From NCBI RefSeq assembly GCF_041956535.1, contig NW_027192211.1:74044-138043 (forward strand): 64,000 bases of DNA, in the 5' to 3' direction. How positions within the stretch are numbered: position 1 is the first letter of the stretch; each line of letters starts with the position of its first letter. The notes under the pieces are model-generated. The model saw only the letters and a list, made by a program, of their open reading frames with translations, was not told where the DNA came from and ran no database searches. The DNA is from Calcarisporiella thermophila CBS 279.70 (Eukaryota; Fungi; Calcarisporiellomycota). Position numbers and translations under genes: made by a program. Positions 39,817 through 52,789 of the stretch are shown piece after piece.

Positions 39817-42686
39817 TTACAGGTGCCCATCGTCCACACGCTCAGGGAAGCTATGGGCAACTACACCTAGGTGCAGGATACGGCTGCCAGATTGACATAC
39901 TATCAGTTTCACATCAAATGGAGTTAGTTAGCTCGTATCATATTTTTGACATGAATCCGAAGCGTGATTGAGCCACATTTATTGAAAAGAAGGAATGATT
40001 TACCTGGATCCACACTCTTTCCAACCACAACACCATCCTCAGGAGCATAGTATGTCTTCTCCAGCTTCCCAAAAATCGAGTGCAGTGTCGCGATGGGGTC
40101 GCCCTTCTTAAGCCACGTATAGATATCGGGTATTACTAAAGGGGGAAAAGTGGATAGACCTCTGAGTTTACAGAATCTGTACGGAGAATGGAGAAACTTT
40201 AAGTTTTACCATTAAGAACACCCCCACCATCCGCAAAGATCCAGTAGCTTTTTGAACATATTACAGGGTCAAACTCTGGCAAGTCATGGTCATCAGGTAT
40301 CATTTTTAGGTGGGATAAGATATTCGTTACGCCTAGAAGTGCATTACGCACAAATCGTTTCTGTAGGAATGAAAGGGTTAAGTGAAAAGATGAAACAGAG
40401 TCTGAAGCAAAAATAAAATACTTGAAAACGGGAGGGGTCTCCGATTTCCACCGTGATCGCAGGAATACCCCTCTCCATCGCCGCACCTCGCAGCGAACCG
40501 TCAGGGCTGGTATTGTGTACAATAATTTGTGGGTGTTGTAGGCGCGCCATGCGACGAGTTCGAGGATTCGTCATATCCGCGCGGCAGTAGAGAGAGTTTA
40601 CACGTCCTTTTGAAGCCTAGACCCAACATATTATATAAACAAAGAGAGTTTTCACGGAAAAAAATTGGACCATACTGTATGCAAATCAAGTAAGTATTCA
40701 AACTTTGATATGACCCTCTCCATTAACTGGTAGGCGTATACTTGTGAAGTTGACCCGTTCTTCTTCCCAGGCATCAGACGATTTAAATCCTGCCCATCGC
40801 TAAATGTGCGAATTCCGGCAAGATATCCCGGAACATTTGCTACTGGTACAGCAACGACGATGCCATGCAGAGACGAACATTTGATATCCTGAGATAGGAG
40901 TCGATGTATTAAAGGAATACCATTCAGTTCGTTGCCGTGAAGGGCTGCAGTTCTATATAGGTCAAAGGCTAACTGAGTATGCTTTCAACTAATATCAAAA
41001 CAAGGAAAATATCTACAGCCCAACAACTGGCCCTGGCTTATTTCCTTTCGCCACAATAACTGGGATCTTGATATGAGCACTTAATCCATCCGACGCAAGT
41101 GCGACCCAAACACGCGATATTTTGCCCATGGGCAACGCATCCAAGTCTAGGTCAGTGATGGTGGGAACATCACTCTCTATTAAGCTAAGTGAGCAGTCAT
41201 GATCGGTCGGAGAGGAAAGCGGAACCCTTTTGCGCCATATCTTAAAGAAAAAGATAAAATATAGGTTGGTGAATGCAATTAACGCAATAGAATGTATACA
41301 ATGTTATGTAAACCTGTCGGGCTCGGTGCAGAAGATTTTCATCCCTTTCACTCTTCACAAATTTGCAGGCTGTAACTAGCGCCCACAGCTCCTTTCCAAC
41401 GGGGCTCCAAGCAATGCTGCGATTGAGAGAGGAATTCGATACCATGACACTCCCATCAGGAGTGATGCTCAGTAGGGCGCTTGTCCCGTTCAGCACACCA
41501 TTGACCACAGTGGGATGAGCTTGAAAGTGCTTGTCGTATTTCTTAAGGATTTTTTGAAATCCGGTTATATTGATCTTGGTATATTCTAAATGAAAATAAA
41601 TTTAAATTAAGTTATAGTTTTGCGCCCCGAGTGAAAGTTCACTTGACAATGGTTCGCACCAACTAAGTCTTCAAGCATATGCAGTAATGCCGTCATCTCT
41701 TCACGCCATACTCGTATTTCAGATTCTCCCCAATCTGGACGCCACTATTTTTAAATAGAGGGGGGGGGGGGCGCACATCAAATACCATAAAAAATAATAT
41801 AAAAAAAATAACACACGAACAGACGCGATATCGCGAGAGTTTCGAGCGGTCAATACGTCAAAATACGATAATAGACAAATCCTTTCACCAAATGTATAGG
41901 GAAACAAGGAATATCTAGCCATGCCCCAATTCTACACCCCAATTCTACTTCACCTGTTATATTAATTGCTCTAGTTTATGTTAGAAAAGGCTTGTATTGA
42001 ATACAAAACCAAAAGGTGGTGTTATTTGCAAGACTAGCAGAAAGCAAGTGTAAAATTAAACAGCTCGTTTTTAAAGTAGGACGGCGAAGAATGTCAATTT
42101 ACAATCGGAAGTGCATAAGTGATAAGCCAATACAAGTTTTTGCTACAAACTTGATGTATATAGCTTGTATAGCAGACATCCATTCCGGAGCTAACACCAA
42201 CTTATGCAAGGTGTTAACCTGTGGTGTCTAATAAAAGAGAACTTACCCAGCAAAATTTTCATTCCATAAATCTCACCCAGGAGGCCAAACAATGGTATGG
42301 GATAAGTAGAAGTTGGGGTGAAGAAAAGGGGCCATGTCCAAGAGTAAATCAAGTATTGAGAAACACTCGAAACTTACCTTAAGGTTTAATGCCTCAAGAT
42401 GCTCTGCTCCCGCATTGGACCTCACATCGTATATGCCTTCCACACGAGATAGCTCAGCCTCAAGAAGTTCACGGAAACGTTTATTAACCTTGTTAAGAAT
42501 GGCGGGATCATTGTTGTTTTCTATGTAAAATAAAGATATACAGTGAGTTTACGTAGCCAAATTTAGAAAGGGCACAGAGGTATTACCATGATACTCGTCG
42601 AATCCAACTCGAATGGCATGCTTGAGTCCTTTGTAGTCGAGAGCGTCTGGAATACCGCGAAGACAGAGTTGTTTAGCAAATTTCAT
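39817..42686 (-). CDS. SPX domain fused to AstE/AspA (succinylglutamate desuccinylase/aspartoacylase, M14) zinc hydrolase
   Basis: Hand-spliced in frame: MKFAKQL...LDYKGLKHAI...ELSRVE...|WRPDW...|EYTKINITGFQKILKKYDKH (SPX), then IPVIVAKG..PGPVVG|LTAALHGNELNG, DLNRLMPG, LLDLHT, AITVEIG, YAPEDGVVVG...RILHLG. Confidence 0.85.
41915..42343. mobile_element. Degenerate MITE-like insert in intron 2 of the SPX-deacylase gene
   Basis: Imperfect ~35-bp inverted repeats (catgccccaattctacaccccaattctactt ... aagtagaagttggggtgaagaaaaggggccatg). Host intron is 633 nt versus ~50-110 nt elsewhere. No clear TSD. Confidence 0.5.
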
Positions 42687-43565
42687 TTTGGGTTTTAAGA
42701 GTGAAGTTCAAAAAGCTCTATATCTTTAGTTGAGTATAGCGATAATGCTGGATATCTTATGAATCTAGCATATAACAAAGGAAGAAAAATGGGTTTCGAA
42801 GCTGAATATGAAAGAAAATTAATAGGGGGTCGTTCATCGATTTTATCGGACCACTACCTCACGTTAGATCTTGAATTTTGATTGGTTATGCTATACTGTA
42901 ATTGTACATGTAGAATGACAAAACATTCTCTCAATACAAACTTGAGACTCTCCCGCAGAAAACAATAAGAGTTACTTTGCACAGGCCTGTTTTCAACGAT
43001 CCCCAATATATTAAAATGATTCCAGATGGTAATCAGAATTTGATGTGATGACTTGGTCCCTCTTATCCAACAGCCCCTTCTATTATTACTCACAAATTCA
43101 TAATCTTTTGTTTTTCTTTATAGCACCAAACAATACGCCTCCTGTTTTCCCGCTCGATTGCTAAAACAGACAAAAAGCACTCCTTCTCCTTCTTATGGAC
43201 TCCCAACTTTCATCTGTTTATTGGATTATCTTTACGAATTCCAATATTCCAAATATGGCATATTGGTTTATTTAAAAATTACTAAACCATCTGGCGGCGG
43301 AATATTCTATGCCGTTTTTTGCAAAGTCGCAGCCGACAGCTGGCACTGCGTATAGGACTTCAAATTCAATTGATATGGAGTCGCACTGTTTACGTTTGCC
43401 ATAATATAGGCATCCAACGCCAACAACATAAAAGTCTCCCGTATTTATCTAATTATTTTCCGAATGCTCCACCATCACTATATGGGAATACGCCTATCAT
43501 ATGCATAATATCAGTTAAGTGTTTGTAAAATGGGCCTTTTCAGGGAGCCATCAGCGTGTAGGAGT

Positions 43566-44668
43566 CTAACCATCTTCAAAATACCCCACTCGCAATCGCC
43601 ACGCACTGATCTCACTTTTAAGCTTAGGGCAGGAGTGAACTTGATCAGCACTAAGCGGTAAACCTGTGAATGGATCTGTTGAATATTTCTGCAGGTGTCT
43701 CAAAAGGGTCGAGCGATCAATGATCTTCCCACTAGGTAATTCAACGGGATCAAGCATAATCTCATCCGTGATCGGATCGAAATAACGGTTGTCTATATCT
43801 TTAGAGTCTTTTGAATGAGGTAATGTGGGAGAAGGGATTGTGTGGTATGGGTGACATAGTCTATATATTTCTTCCTTTTGAGTAGGAGAAAGATAACGGA
43901 AGGGTATTCCCCAAAACTCAATGCGCTTCAGTCCAGGAAACTGCGATCCATAAACTAATATATAATAATACATCATGTTAATATGGAGTAGAATATATGA
44001 TTACTGTCTCTTACCTCTTAAAATACTTATTCTTAAAGAATAGATGGGAGAGGACCTCACGACCCGTGATAATGATATATATGTCGAATCTTCTTCCACC
44101 TATATCATAGCAAAATAATTCAAGTAAACAGCAAGAGAAGGAAAAATCAATTGTGATATGATAATACTAGTGATCCCTGCTTTTTTATCTGTTCAACAAC
44201 GTCATTCGTCTTCATTTTGGGGTTAATCCCACATATACTCTGTTTTGGAAAATACGTGTTTGAATTCCATTCTTACAATTAACTAGTTTTTATACCCTTA
44301 CATTGCCTCTTGATGCAAATTCTGCTCTCCCTATATTTTCCCACTCACCTCCTTCACGTGTCTTCCCAGCTAAACCACACACTTGAGCAACATTCTTATT
44401 CTGATGAGGAACGAGTAGGATAGCTGCTATTTCAACAGGGTATCTACGTGCATGATATAACTCAGACTACTGGTGAATAAGAGTCAATGTACTAAAAAAA
44501 TTACAAAAATGTAAATTCTAGATGGATCGGTGGAGTTGCAAATCTTTCCGCTAGATAGCCAGATGAATTGTCTTGTAATAGAGAATTGGGATCATGGCCA
44601 TCACGAGATGGAGTAGAAGCATTAACTTTTACAATGAGTGATAAATTTAATAGGTGTTGGCGATACAT
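43566..44668 (-). CDS. UBOX5: U-box E3 ligase, UBOX5/RNF37-like
   Basis: N-terminal DGHDPNSLL..GYLAERFATPPIHLEFTF|LYPVEI, LKRIEFWG, C-terminal U-box YFDPITDEIMLDPVELPSGKIIDRSTLLRHL..DPFTG. Confidence 0.75.
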
Positions 44669-44804
44669 AAGCGATACTAAGGAAATTTTAAATATTCGAT
44701 AATCTTTATTAAGGCAGTCAATGCAGGGGGAAGTAATAAAAAAGACTACATTATATTTATACACAAAAATAGGAAAGAAAAATAAACACTAAATTCAACT
44801 GCTA

Positions 44805-46243
44805 TTATTTATGCAATAAACATAGTTGTGCACGATCAAAATCTAAACTGGATACAAGCACATTAGCAGTTTTGAATGTACTAAGATAGAGCAGATTTAT
44901 GCCTGCTTTTGTTAAAGGAGTGGAGATTGAGTGGATAATGCCATATTTCTCAAGTGTATATTTGCCAAGATCTATCTGAATTAGTCGATACGGTGCCTCG
45001 CTAGAATCCATCTGCAGCACATAGTCATCAAAGCAGCGCAACAAATGCTGGTCTATAACCAGTGAAACGCCCTCTACACTGGCTGTGTAAGAAAAAAATC
45101 TCGGTGATGCACTAAAATAATAATGAGAAATATTAGAACAAAGCTTTGGGATAATATGCGAGAGTTATTTGCAAAATCATATATACTCATAGCCTTCAAT
45201 CATATCGGGATATAATAAGCATTTAATTAAAACTAACGCCCACTGTGACATATATTCTGAGCTCAATCCTACGCACCGCAGCTCCGCTGGAAGCACAACG
45301 TTGGAACACTGCACTCCTGCAAGAGTGGTAGTGTCGGGGTAGGCTGGGCGAGATGAAGGCGGTAGTGGCTGCAAGGTCGCAATTGTAGACGAAGTTTCGC
45401 TTGCCTCATCGTTGTCTAAAGCATCACTGTCAACCGTAGCTGCAGCAGTGCTAATAGTAGTGACAGGGGTGTGGGGTGGAGTTATCTGGTGCTGCTGCTG
45501 TTCTGGGGACGGAGCCTCGGCTGAGAAAGAGAAAGTGAAACCACGCTCTCTCAGCGTGGCAATAACCGAATGTAGCCTCGACTGCTTTACTATATTTTAT
45601 ATGAAGTGTTAACGCAATCTATATAGTAATATTGCATTAAAGTATAGATTACAAATAACGAAATCCGTCTGATAGGTTGAAAAATAGAATATTGATATAG
45701 AAGAATTTGCTAATGGTTCAGAAATATCGTTAACCCTCTTTCCAGCATTATCTATTTAGATAATAAAAATGTACATCAGTTAAACCAACAAAAATTAGCA
45801 CGATAAAAGTACATATATACTTACCGAATCCTGTATTATTGTCCACTTGTAACACACGGTACACTTCATCGCTCACCTCTACGTTACAAACCGGGAGTAG
45901 TAGTGGAAGAAACTCATCGTCAATGATGTTTGCTTCAGCAACAATTGAAATCTCAAATGAGTTCTCAGTGAAGTTAAAGAAGAACTCAGAGCTGTAAAGA
46001 GAGGGAGGAGGGGGGGGAAATGTCAAAATAAGGCAGTTAATATGTATGAAAATTCATTTATAGATGTATGCCTGATAGAACAAAAATGATATCAGCTCAA
46101 GGTAAATCCCTATCATCGCACACTTACGGTCCATAGTTGAAGAAGCATGATCGTATAATAGCCGCTGCACAATGGTTCAGGTAGGCTTTAGGGAAATGAA
46201 GGAGCTTTAAACGATTGGAAAATATATGAATGTTTGCATTCAT
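44805..46243 (-). CDS. CASTOR: CASTOR/GATS-like tandem ACT-domain protein
   Basis: FFNFTEN..EISIV, ISEPLANSSISIFYFSTYQTDFVI, FFSYTASVEGVSLVID, YGIIHSISTPLTKAGINLLYLSTFKTANVLV: four ACT repeats matching CASTOR motifs. Confidence 0.85.
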
Positions 46244-46568
46244 CGCTTCTTCTTTAAGAGTATATCAATTGTAATGCAAGCCAAAGAGAAATATTATCAA
46301 ATGTGACTTGGTCGGTGCGTATCTCGAAAATGGGAAATCATTAGAATAATTAAAAAGCACAAAGATCGTAATCGAGATAATAAGAAATTGGAAAATAGCA
46401 AAATAGCAAATATATTTAAATTTTGTAAAGACTATGCCTGCACCTGGAATAATGGGTGGATGATAGAAAAGGTACAAGGAAAGGTACGTATATACTTTGT
46501 TAAAATTGGAAATAAAATGTGTATAAATATATATATAAATTACAACTATAATATATCGAGCAAACAAA

Positions 46569-49179
46569 TTAAGCGTTTACTACAGCTAACCGTCGCTTAG
46601 GTATCGTCATTACCACTACTTCCCGGTTGTTCATCTCATTTTCCACTCCCTCGTACACTTCGCCTTCTTCGTCAATATTTTCATCGCTATATCCGTCTCT
46701 ATTGCTCTCGCCACTCAGGTATCCTCGCCGAGGACCAATATACCCTCTCCGGGTGTAAGGCCCATCAAGGCTTTTAATCTCATCGCGTCTTCTTGCACCG
46801 GCGTATTTACTTCTGCCGTTGTAACGAGAAAGTATCCTTACCAAAACCGAGCCATTTGGGTACCCATACCAAGCGGCAACAACCCACCCAAGTAGTAAGA
46901 ACAACATTGCAATGAGATAAACGTAGAAGAGAAAACGCAGTGATGTCGGAAGAGTATATAATATGAAAGATTCAAATGAAACCAGGAGAACCAAAGCAAT
47001 AGAGCCTAACCACCGCGCAACCAACTGGAACAAGATGACCCATTGTGGAGCTATCTCGTTTGTCGATAAGCTTGAGCTGCCACGAAATGTGCTACTGTAC
47101 CGAGAGGAGGCAGAGGAGGGGTTGAATTTATCCTCCCACATTACAGAATCAATCGCTCCTCCACTACTTAGTGTTTCTCTCCTTCTTCTTCCATCAGCTG
47201 TTGCAAGAACATTTCCCTCCTGGTATTCACGCTCCCTTGTTGCAGAGTTTGCGTTATTATCTTCTTCTTCCAAAACCGGAGATCGTAGCGAGCGTGCAGG
47301 GCGCAATACCTCAAAGGGCTTTTGTGGCATAAGACTTTTATCTGACTTAGATCTCCACCAATGTACCTGAGGTATTATCATAAACAGCGGTACAAAGCCA
47401 ATAGCGAATATTACTAAAGCTAGTTCAATAGGGAATCGCAATATCTCAAGAGGTGGGTTTTGTAGATCTGAAAGAGAGGGTCCATGCAAACCGGCAATGG
47501 ACGTCCCAAGGGCGCCTGAATATAACAATATAAACCCAGCGGTGTACGTTTGTTTCGTCGGGAATCTCGCGAGAGAAATGGCAAAAGGGGCGGCTATACA
47601 TGCAACGGATATCAAAATTACGTGACGAATTAAGGAAGGATCAGTGGAGAAGGCTCCTTCTGGCGTTTTTGATCCATTGGGGGTGGATAGAGGGGGAATT
47701 TTGGGAGTAGTGGAGCCGGAGCCGTTTTCTTGTGAGATGCTCACGCATTTTAAAAATGCTACCGAGACTCCCTCTCCTGTTGCATTTACACCACCGGTCG
47801 TCGGAGTGCCTGTATTGCTCTGCATGGGATCTGCATTTTCACCATAGATTCGTAACATCCAGGTATCTTTCGGGAACCTACTCGTGGTTTGGCCAGTTTC
47901 GTCTAATTCTTCCCCACCAAAGAGTAGCAAGTTTACAGCCCCCTTCCTAGCATCTTGGATCTCTGGTTTGATTGGGATAAGCCCGGCTCCCACGCGTCTT
48001 GTGGGATATTTCTTTGAAGATAATGGATCAAAAGACGGGATTAGAATATTCCACGTGCCCCCCTCTGCATCTACCACTGCGATCTCCCCAGGCTGCCCAT
48101 TGCCCAATGAAGATAGGCCTGCCCCACCAAATACAAAGGATTGAGTAGCAAACTGTGGCGCGTTTACGCTCGGATTTTGAGCCATAGAAGCTCCAAAACG
48201 AGGAGCGTTACATAAACTAAACGGGTGCCATTGACCACTGTAATCAATGATGTGTATTGCGTATCCATCCTGGAGGGCGCAAGTATTAGTATCCGATGTA
48301 TTGCAACCGCCATATAGCATTAAACGGTTATCAGTTACAACAGTGCCTGCGCTGTCATGACGACCTAACATATCATATTTATAAAACACAAACTTAATAG
48401 AACTCTGTGTTCATGTTACTTACCGGATGGAGTGGGCCCTTGCACATCGACCTTTTTCCATGTAGCTAGCATGTTTTGCGCTTCATACACGTAGCTACCC
48501 GAGATGGTCAATCCCCAGGTATCTGTGAACAACTCCTTTCCATCAGTTCCATGGGATATGTAGAGTGTTTGATTTTCGTTGTTTGTCTTAGAAATATCTA
48601 TTCCTGATGCCACTCCCCACCTTGGGCTTGGAGATTCACCGGGACTAATTTTCAGTTGGTACCATCTCTCATAAACGAGATTAAATATCCACACATCACT
48701 TAATGCCTTCTCTCCAATTCCTTGACCAAGAGCAATTGCCAAATTGTATTGGTAGTCATTTTTCGTGCTGTCGGAGCCAAAAGCCATACAGCAACGAGCT
48801 GGTGGAGATTCATTATTCGCAGAGTATGAATTGGGTTTACGCCAAATATAAGTGTTGACTTCAAATATCCAAGTATCACTTAGTATTTGGCCGTCAGACG
48901 TTCTTAATTTTGGAGAAAGTAGAGTAAAACATCATTAAGAGAATTTCTATTTATAAACTTTTAAGATTACCTTCCACCGAAAAGGATTACCAAGCTATAT
49001 TTAGAGATATGGGCCATGGCAAAATCTCTACGTGGCAAGGGCATAATACTTTGGTCCGGTAAGCTTAACCATTGAAGTTTTGGCACAGTCATGTTTGACT
49101 GGCCACATGTGCAAGTAAGTAAAGAGATTAGAGAAACAATAGTTGGCCACCAAATCCATCGGCTTAAAGAAGATCGCAT
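46569..49179 (-). CDS. Signal-peptide kelch beta-propeller with C-terminal multi-pass TM domain
   Basis: Signal peptide; kelch repeats (PRRDFAM..LFGG, PSPRWG, GRHDSAG..LYGG, PRFGAS..VFGG, LLFGG); ~5 hydrophobic helices. Three exons. Confidence 0.8.
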
Positions 49180-49784
49180 TTATTAAGAGAGCTAGCAGCG
49201 CGTAAGTTACTAGAAGAATTAATTCCAGGAAATACACTTTTTGTGGGAAAGAAGAAAGGGCAATGGGGAAATGGCCTCGGAGGATGGGTATTTGAGGGCT
49301 TGAAGGGCGCGAGCATGGCGAAGCAATTAAAGTTTTCTTCTGAGTTGTATTAAAGCAAAGCCACGTTTGATTGGATAGTGGGAAGGCCGGAGGTGTAGAG
49401 GCGCAGTCACAGGGCCCGTTTGAGCCCTTGCCCGCACCCTTCTTGCCGATGTACCTCGCTCACGCTCTGGCCTCGAGTCCAGAGTGGCCGAACAGAAAAA
49501 TTGCTTGAATTCAAGCCCAAACGCTCCGGTGGCAAAGTCCGTGCAATTGGCTCGGAAGTATTAATCCATGGAACACTACGGTCGGACTTAAGCCCCGAGA
49601 TATTTGAAATGATTAGAAATGCCTACACTGCTGCTTTTCAACCTTTCTTCCATCAAGTGCGGTGGGATTTTGTGCTTATAGAACTTTTCCATTTCTTCTT
49701 TCCCCTTTGCCTGCTGCTCATTCATATAAATAGAACTAGACTTATTTATAAAGTGCTAATCACTTTTGTTTCCAACACAATTTG

Positions 49785-50738
49785 ATGTCAAATCCTGATT
49801 CTCCCGGCACTTACAAATCATGCCTTGTCAAATTCTTTCACTTACACCCTCCAGACCCAATAGATCGGTTCACAACTTCCTACTGGGTTCGCCCTTATGT
49901 TTTGCTCATCACTCGCACTCTTTCCCTTAGTTATGCGCTTGCTACATTCATTGGCAGGTTCATTCTTTTACAGAATCGCCTTTATTCGTATATCTTTTAC
50001 TTCACCAACCTCTCATATATTGGACTTCTTCTCTATTTTATGATTGCTTTCATTCTCAGCGTAATGTATATACGGGGTAGCGAGCTACAGTTTCTAAGGG
50101 GGGTTTGGGGCCTAATTGTTTGGATAATTTATGAATTATTTGCTACATTCCATTTACTTGTTCCGATTGTATTCTGGGCAATACTATTTCCAGCCGCCTT
50201 TGAAGAAGGTATAAAATGCATTTAGTAGGCTTAATTTAATGAAAAATAAGCTAACACTATGTATATTATCCAATACTCATATATAGCTCGTGATGCGAAA
50301 ATATCCCCTGGCTATACCTGGTCAACCATCTCTGTACATGCCCTCGACCTAATTCTACTCATCCCGGAGGTCGTGCTTAATAGAATTCCTATTGCTGTTG
50401 CGCACATGATTTTTGTAGTGATAATACTACTTCTATACATGTTTGAAACGTGGATCGTACACGCGCAAACTGGCAAATGGGTTTACCCTTTTTTGAACTG
50501 GGATCCACCTGGAAGGGCGGCAGGGTATTATCTAGGCGTACTTGTTCTCACGCTACTGATCTTTTTGGTGCAATATGCTGTGTACCGGCTGAAAGAATGG
50601 ACTGCACGGAGAATAGACAGTCGAAAGAAAGAAAAAAATAGAGCGAGAGAAAATGGAGACGTTGAATCGAATGCAATGTCTGAATTGAGCCCAACCCTTG
50701 ATTCTATAGAAATGAAGGAGAATCATCGTGGACACTAA
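49785..50738 (+). CDS. Multi-pass membrane protein, rolling stone / FAR-17a-AIG1-like
   Basis: YFTNLSY, VPIVFWAIL, ISVHALD, WVYPFLNW; six TM helices. One intron ~50209-50286. Confidence 0.7.
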
Positions 50739-51049
50739 GGAATATTAATTCAACTCTGTATGTAATTTCATTTTCTTTAGTAGCTGTATAATATATTCTA
50801 TTTACTTTTGCGACTATCTTAAAATATTGAATTCTGATAAAAATGAGAATGAAAGTGTAAACAATAAATCCTAGCGCGCAAGGGAAAAAAAAAACAATCA
50901 AGAAAAGAAAATATCTACATTAAAATTTACAACATACCAGGAAACATGGGGAAGCGATTTCAACAATATAAAAAGAAAGACAAAAACATGTTAAAAATGA
51001 ATAACTTGATACACATCTATGGTCGACGTCTATTGAATAGAAACCAGTT

Positions 51050-52789
51050 TCATTTATTTGACATTCGTGAATCTCCTTTACGTTGCTGTCTTTTTGTTAA
51101 GAGAGTAGCTCTATCCATGCACAATTCAAATAGCATTGATTTTACCCCGTTTTCGGAACCACATGCGAGACGATAGGGAGCTTGAAGAGTCTGTGGCACA
51201 ACACTGTGAAGTTCGTCTAGGTTTAATTTATTCAAATTGTCTCCAAGTTGCACGTCGAATGGGTCTCCTTTCTTATGTATTTTTTGAGTATCTCCAGCTT
51301 TAAGGACTTCCTCGTGGAGGTTAGGGCATAGACTGCTATTCTTGATTACAGACCGAGATTGAGATTCGTCTTCTCTTCTCTGAAATTCATAAGTAATGTC
51401 AAAAAATTCCTTCATAGCCGCTATTCCTGGTGAACGCTCATTAGGCAAGGTCATTTCCTTTGATGTGTATAAATTACAGCTGGCCTCGGTGATTCTCTTG
51501 GATATATTCTTTTTTATCTTTGGCTTTTCGGAGAATGGTTCACCTCGGATCCAGCAATGCTCAAAAAACTCGTCAATATTGTATCGTTTGTTTGGGTCGA
51601 CGCATAAAAGCCGGCTCACTAAATCCTTAGCTGCATCGCTCACATTGTCCCACCATGGAGAGAGGAATTCGTACTCTCCACGCGCAACTCTATCTAAAAG
51701 TGACTGTGCGTCACACTCCTCTTCATCGCCATAAAAGGGTGGAAACCCACAGAGCAATGTATATAACACGCAACCCAGAGCCCACATGTCCACTGACTTA
51801 CTATAGTCTTTGTCATTAATAATCTCTGGAGCCGTATAGCCTATTGTTCCACAAGGGGTGCTCGTTGAACCTTCCCATAATATCTTAGAGAGCCCAAAAT
51901 CTGCAATCTTTACACTTCCTATGCCACCTCCACCGATACCAGGGATAAACTCTCCTTCATCTTCCTTTTTCTCATCTGGCAAGAGAGGAGAACGAGGCAA
52001 TTTGCTAGGCACAATAGGAATAGGCTTAAAGAGTAGGTTCTCTGGTTTGATATCGCTAAGGATTAAAATATTCAATCAAGTCATTTAAAATATTATTGAT
52101 CAAAGGCAAACTTTTAAAACTTATATACCGGTGAGCAATTCCCTTTTCTCCATGCAAGTACTTAATCCCTTCTGCGACCTGAATAATAACATGTCTGGCA
52201 AGCTCCTCTGAAAAATACGTGAGTTCCACGATACGATTGAATAATTCTCCTCCCTCCAGCAATTCCAAAATCAGATAATAGAAGTCAGAGGTTTCGAGAA
52301 AATCGTGCAACTCGACTATGGAAGGATGATGAAGTCCGCGCATTATTTGGACTTCCTTAAGAACACTCTCCCTCTAGTGAAATTAAATGCAAAAATGTTA
52401 GACTGCTTTAAAATCATATAACATAATCATTCCATTACCTGTGAGACATTTAGTTCAAATTTTCTTACGATCTTAATTGCCCACCATCTTCCCGTCTCCA
52501 CGTCAATAGCCTTATAGACCAATGAGAAAGCTCCTCTATTTCATGGTGCAATGGGTGAGAGTAGTTAAAAAGAAAAAATGATTTCGCATACTCACTCCCC
52601 CATTTTTTCTACTAACTTGTATTGCTCCAGCCCAGGGTATCTGTCTCGGGTAGAGTTTGATTCGTGCAGTATCGCTATATCCTTGGAGTTGAACGGTGTT
52701 GTGGAAAGTGTTTGAGAAAGTGTCGTAGGTGATGGGGAGGGTAGAGGAGAAAAGAGAAAAAAACTTTTTAACTGTTCATAAAACGGCAT
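51050..52789 (-). CDS. RCK2: MAPK-activated CAMK-type kinase (Rck2/Srk1 family)
   Basis: KMGE|GAFSLV, AIKIVRK, HR|DIKPENLLF, family insert EDEGEFIPGIGGGGIGSVKIADFGLSK, TPCGTIGYTAPE. Confidence 0.9.

Noticed and set aside
42860-42865. CACGTT Pho4-like site upstream of the SPX gene
   Set aside because: A single hexamer is expected by chance.
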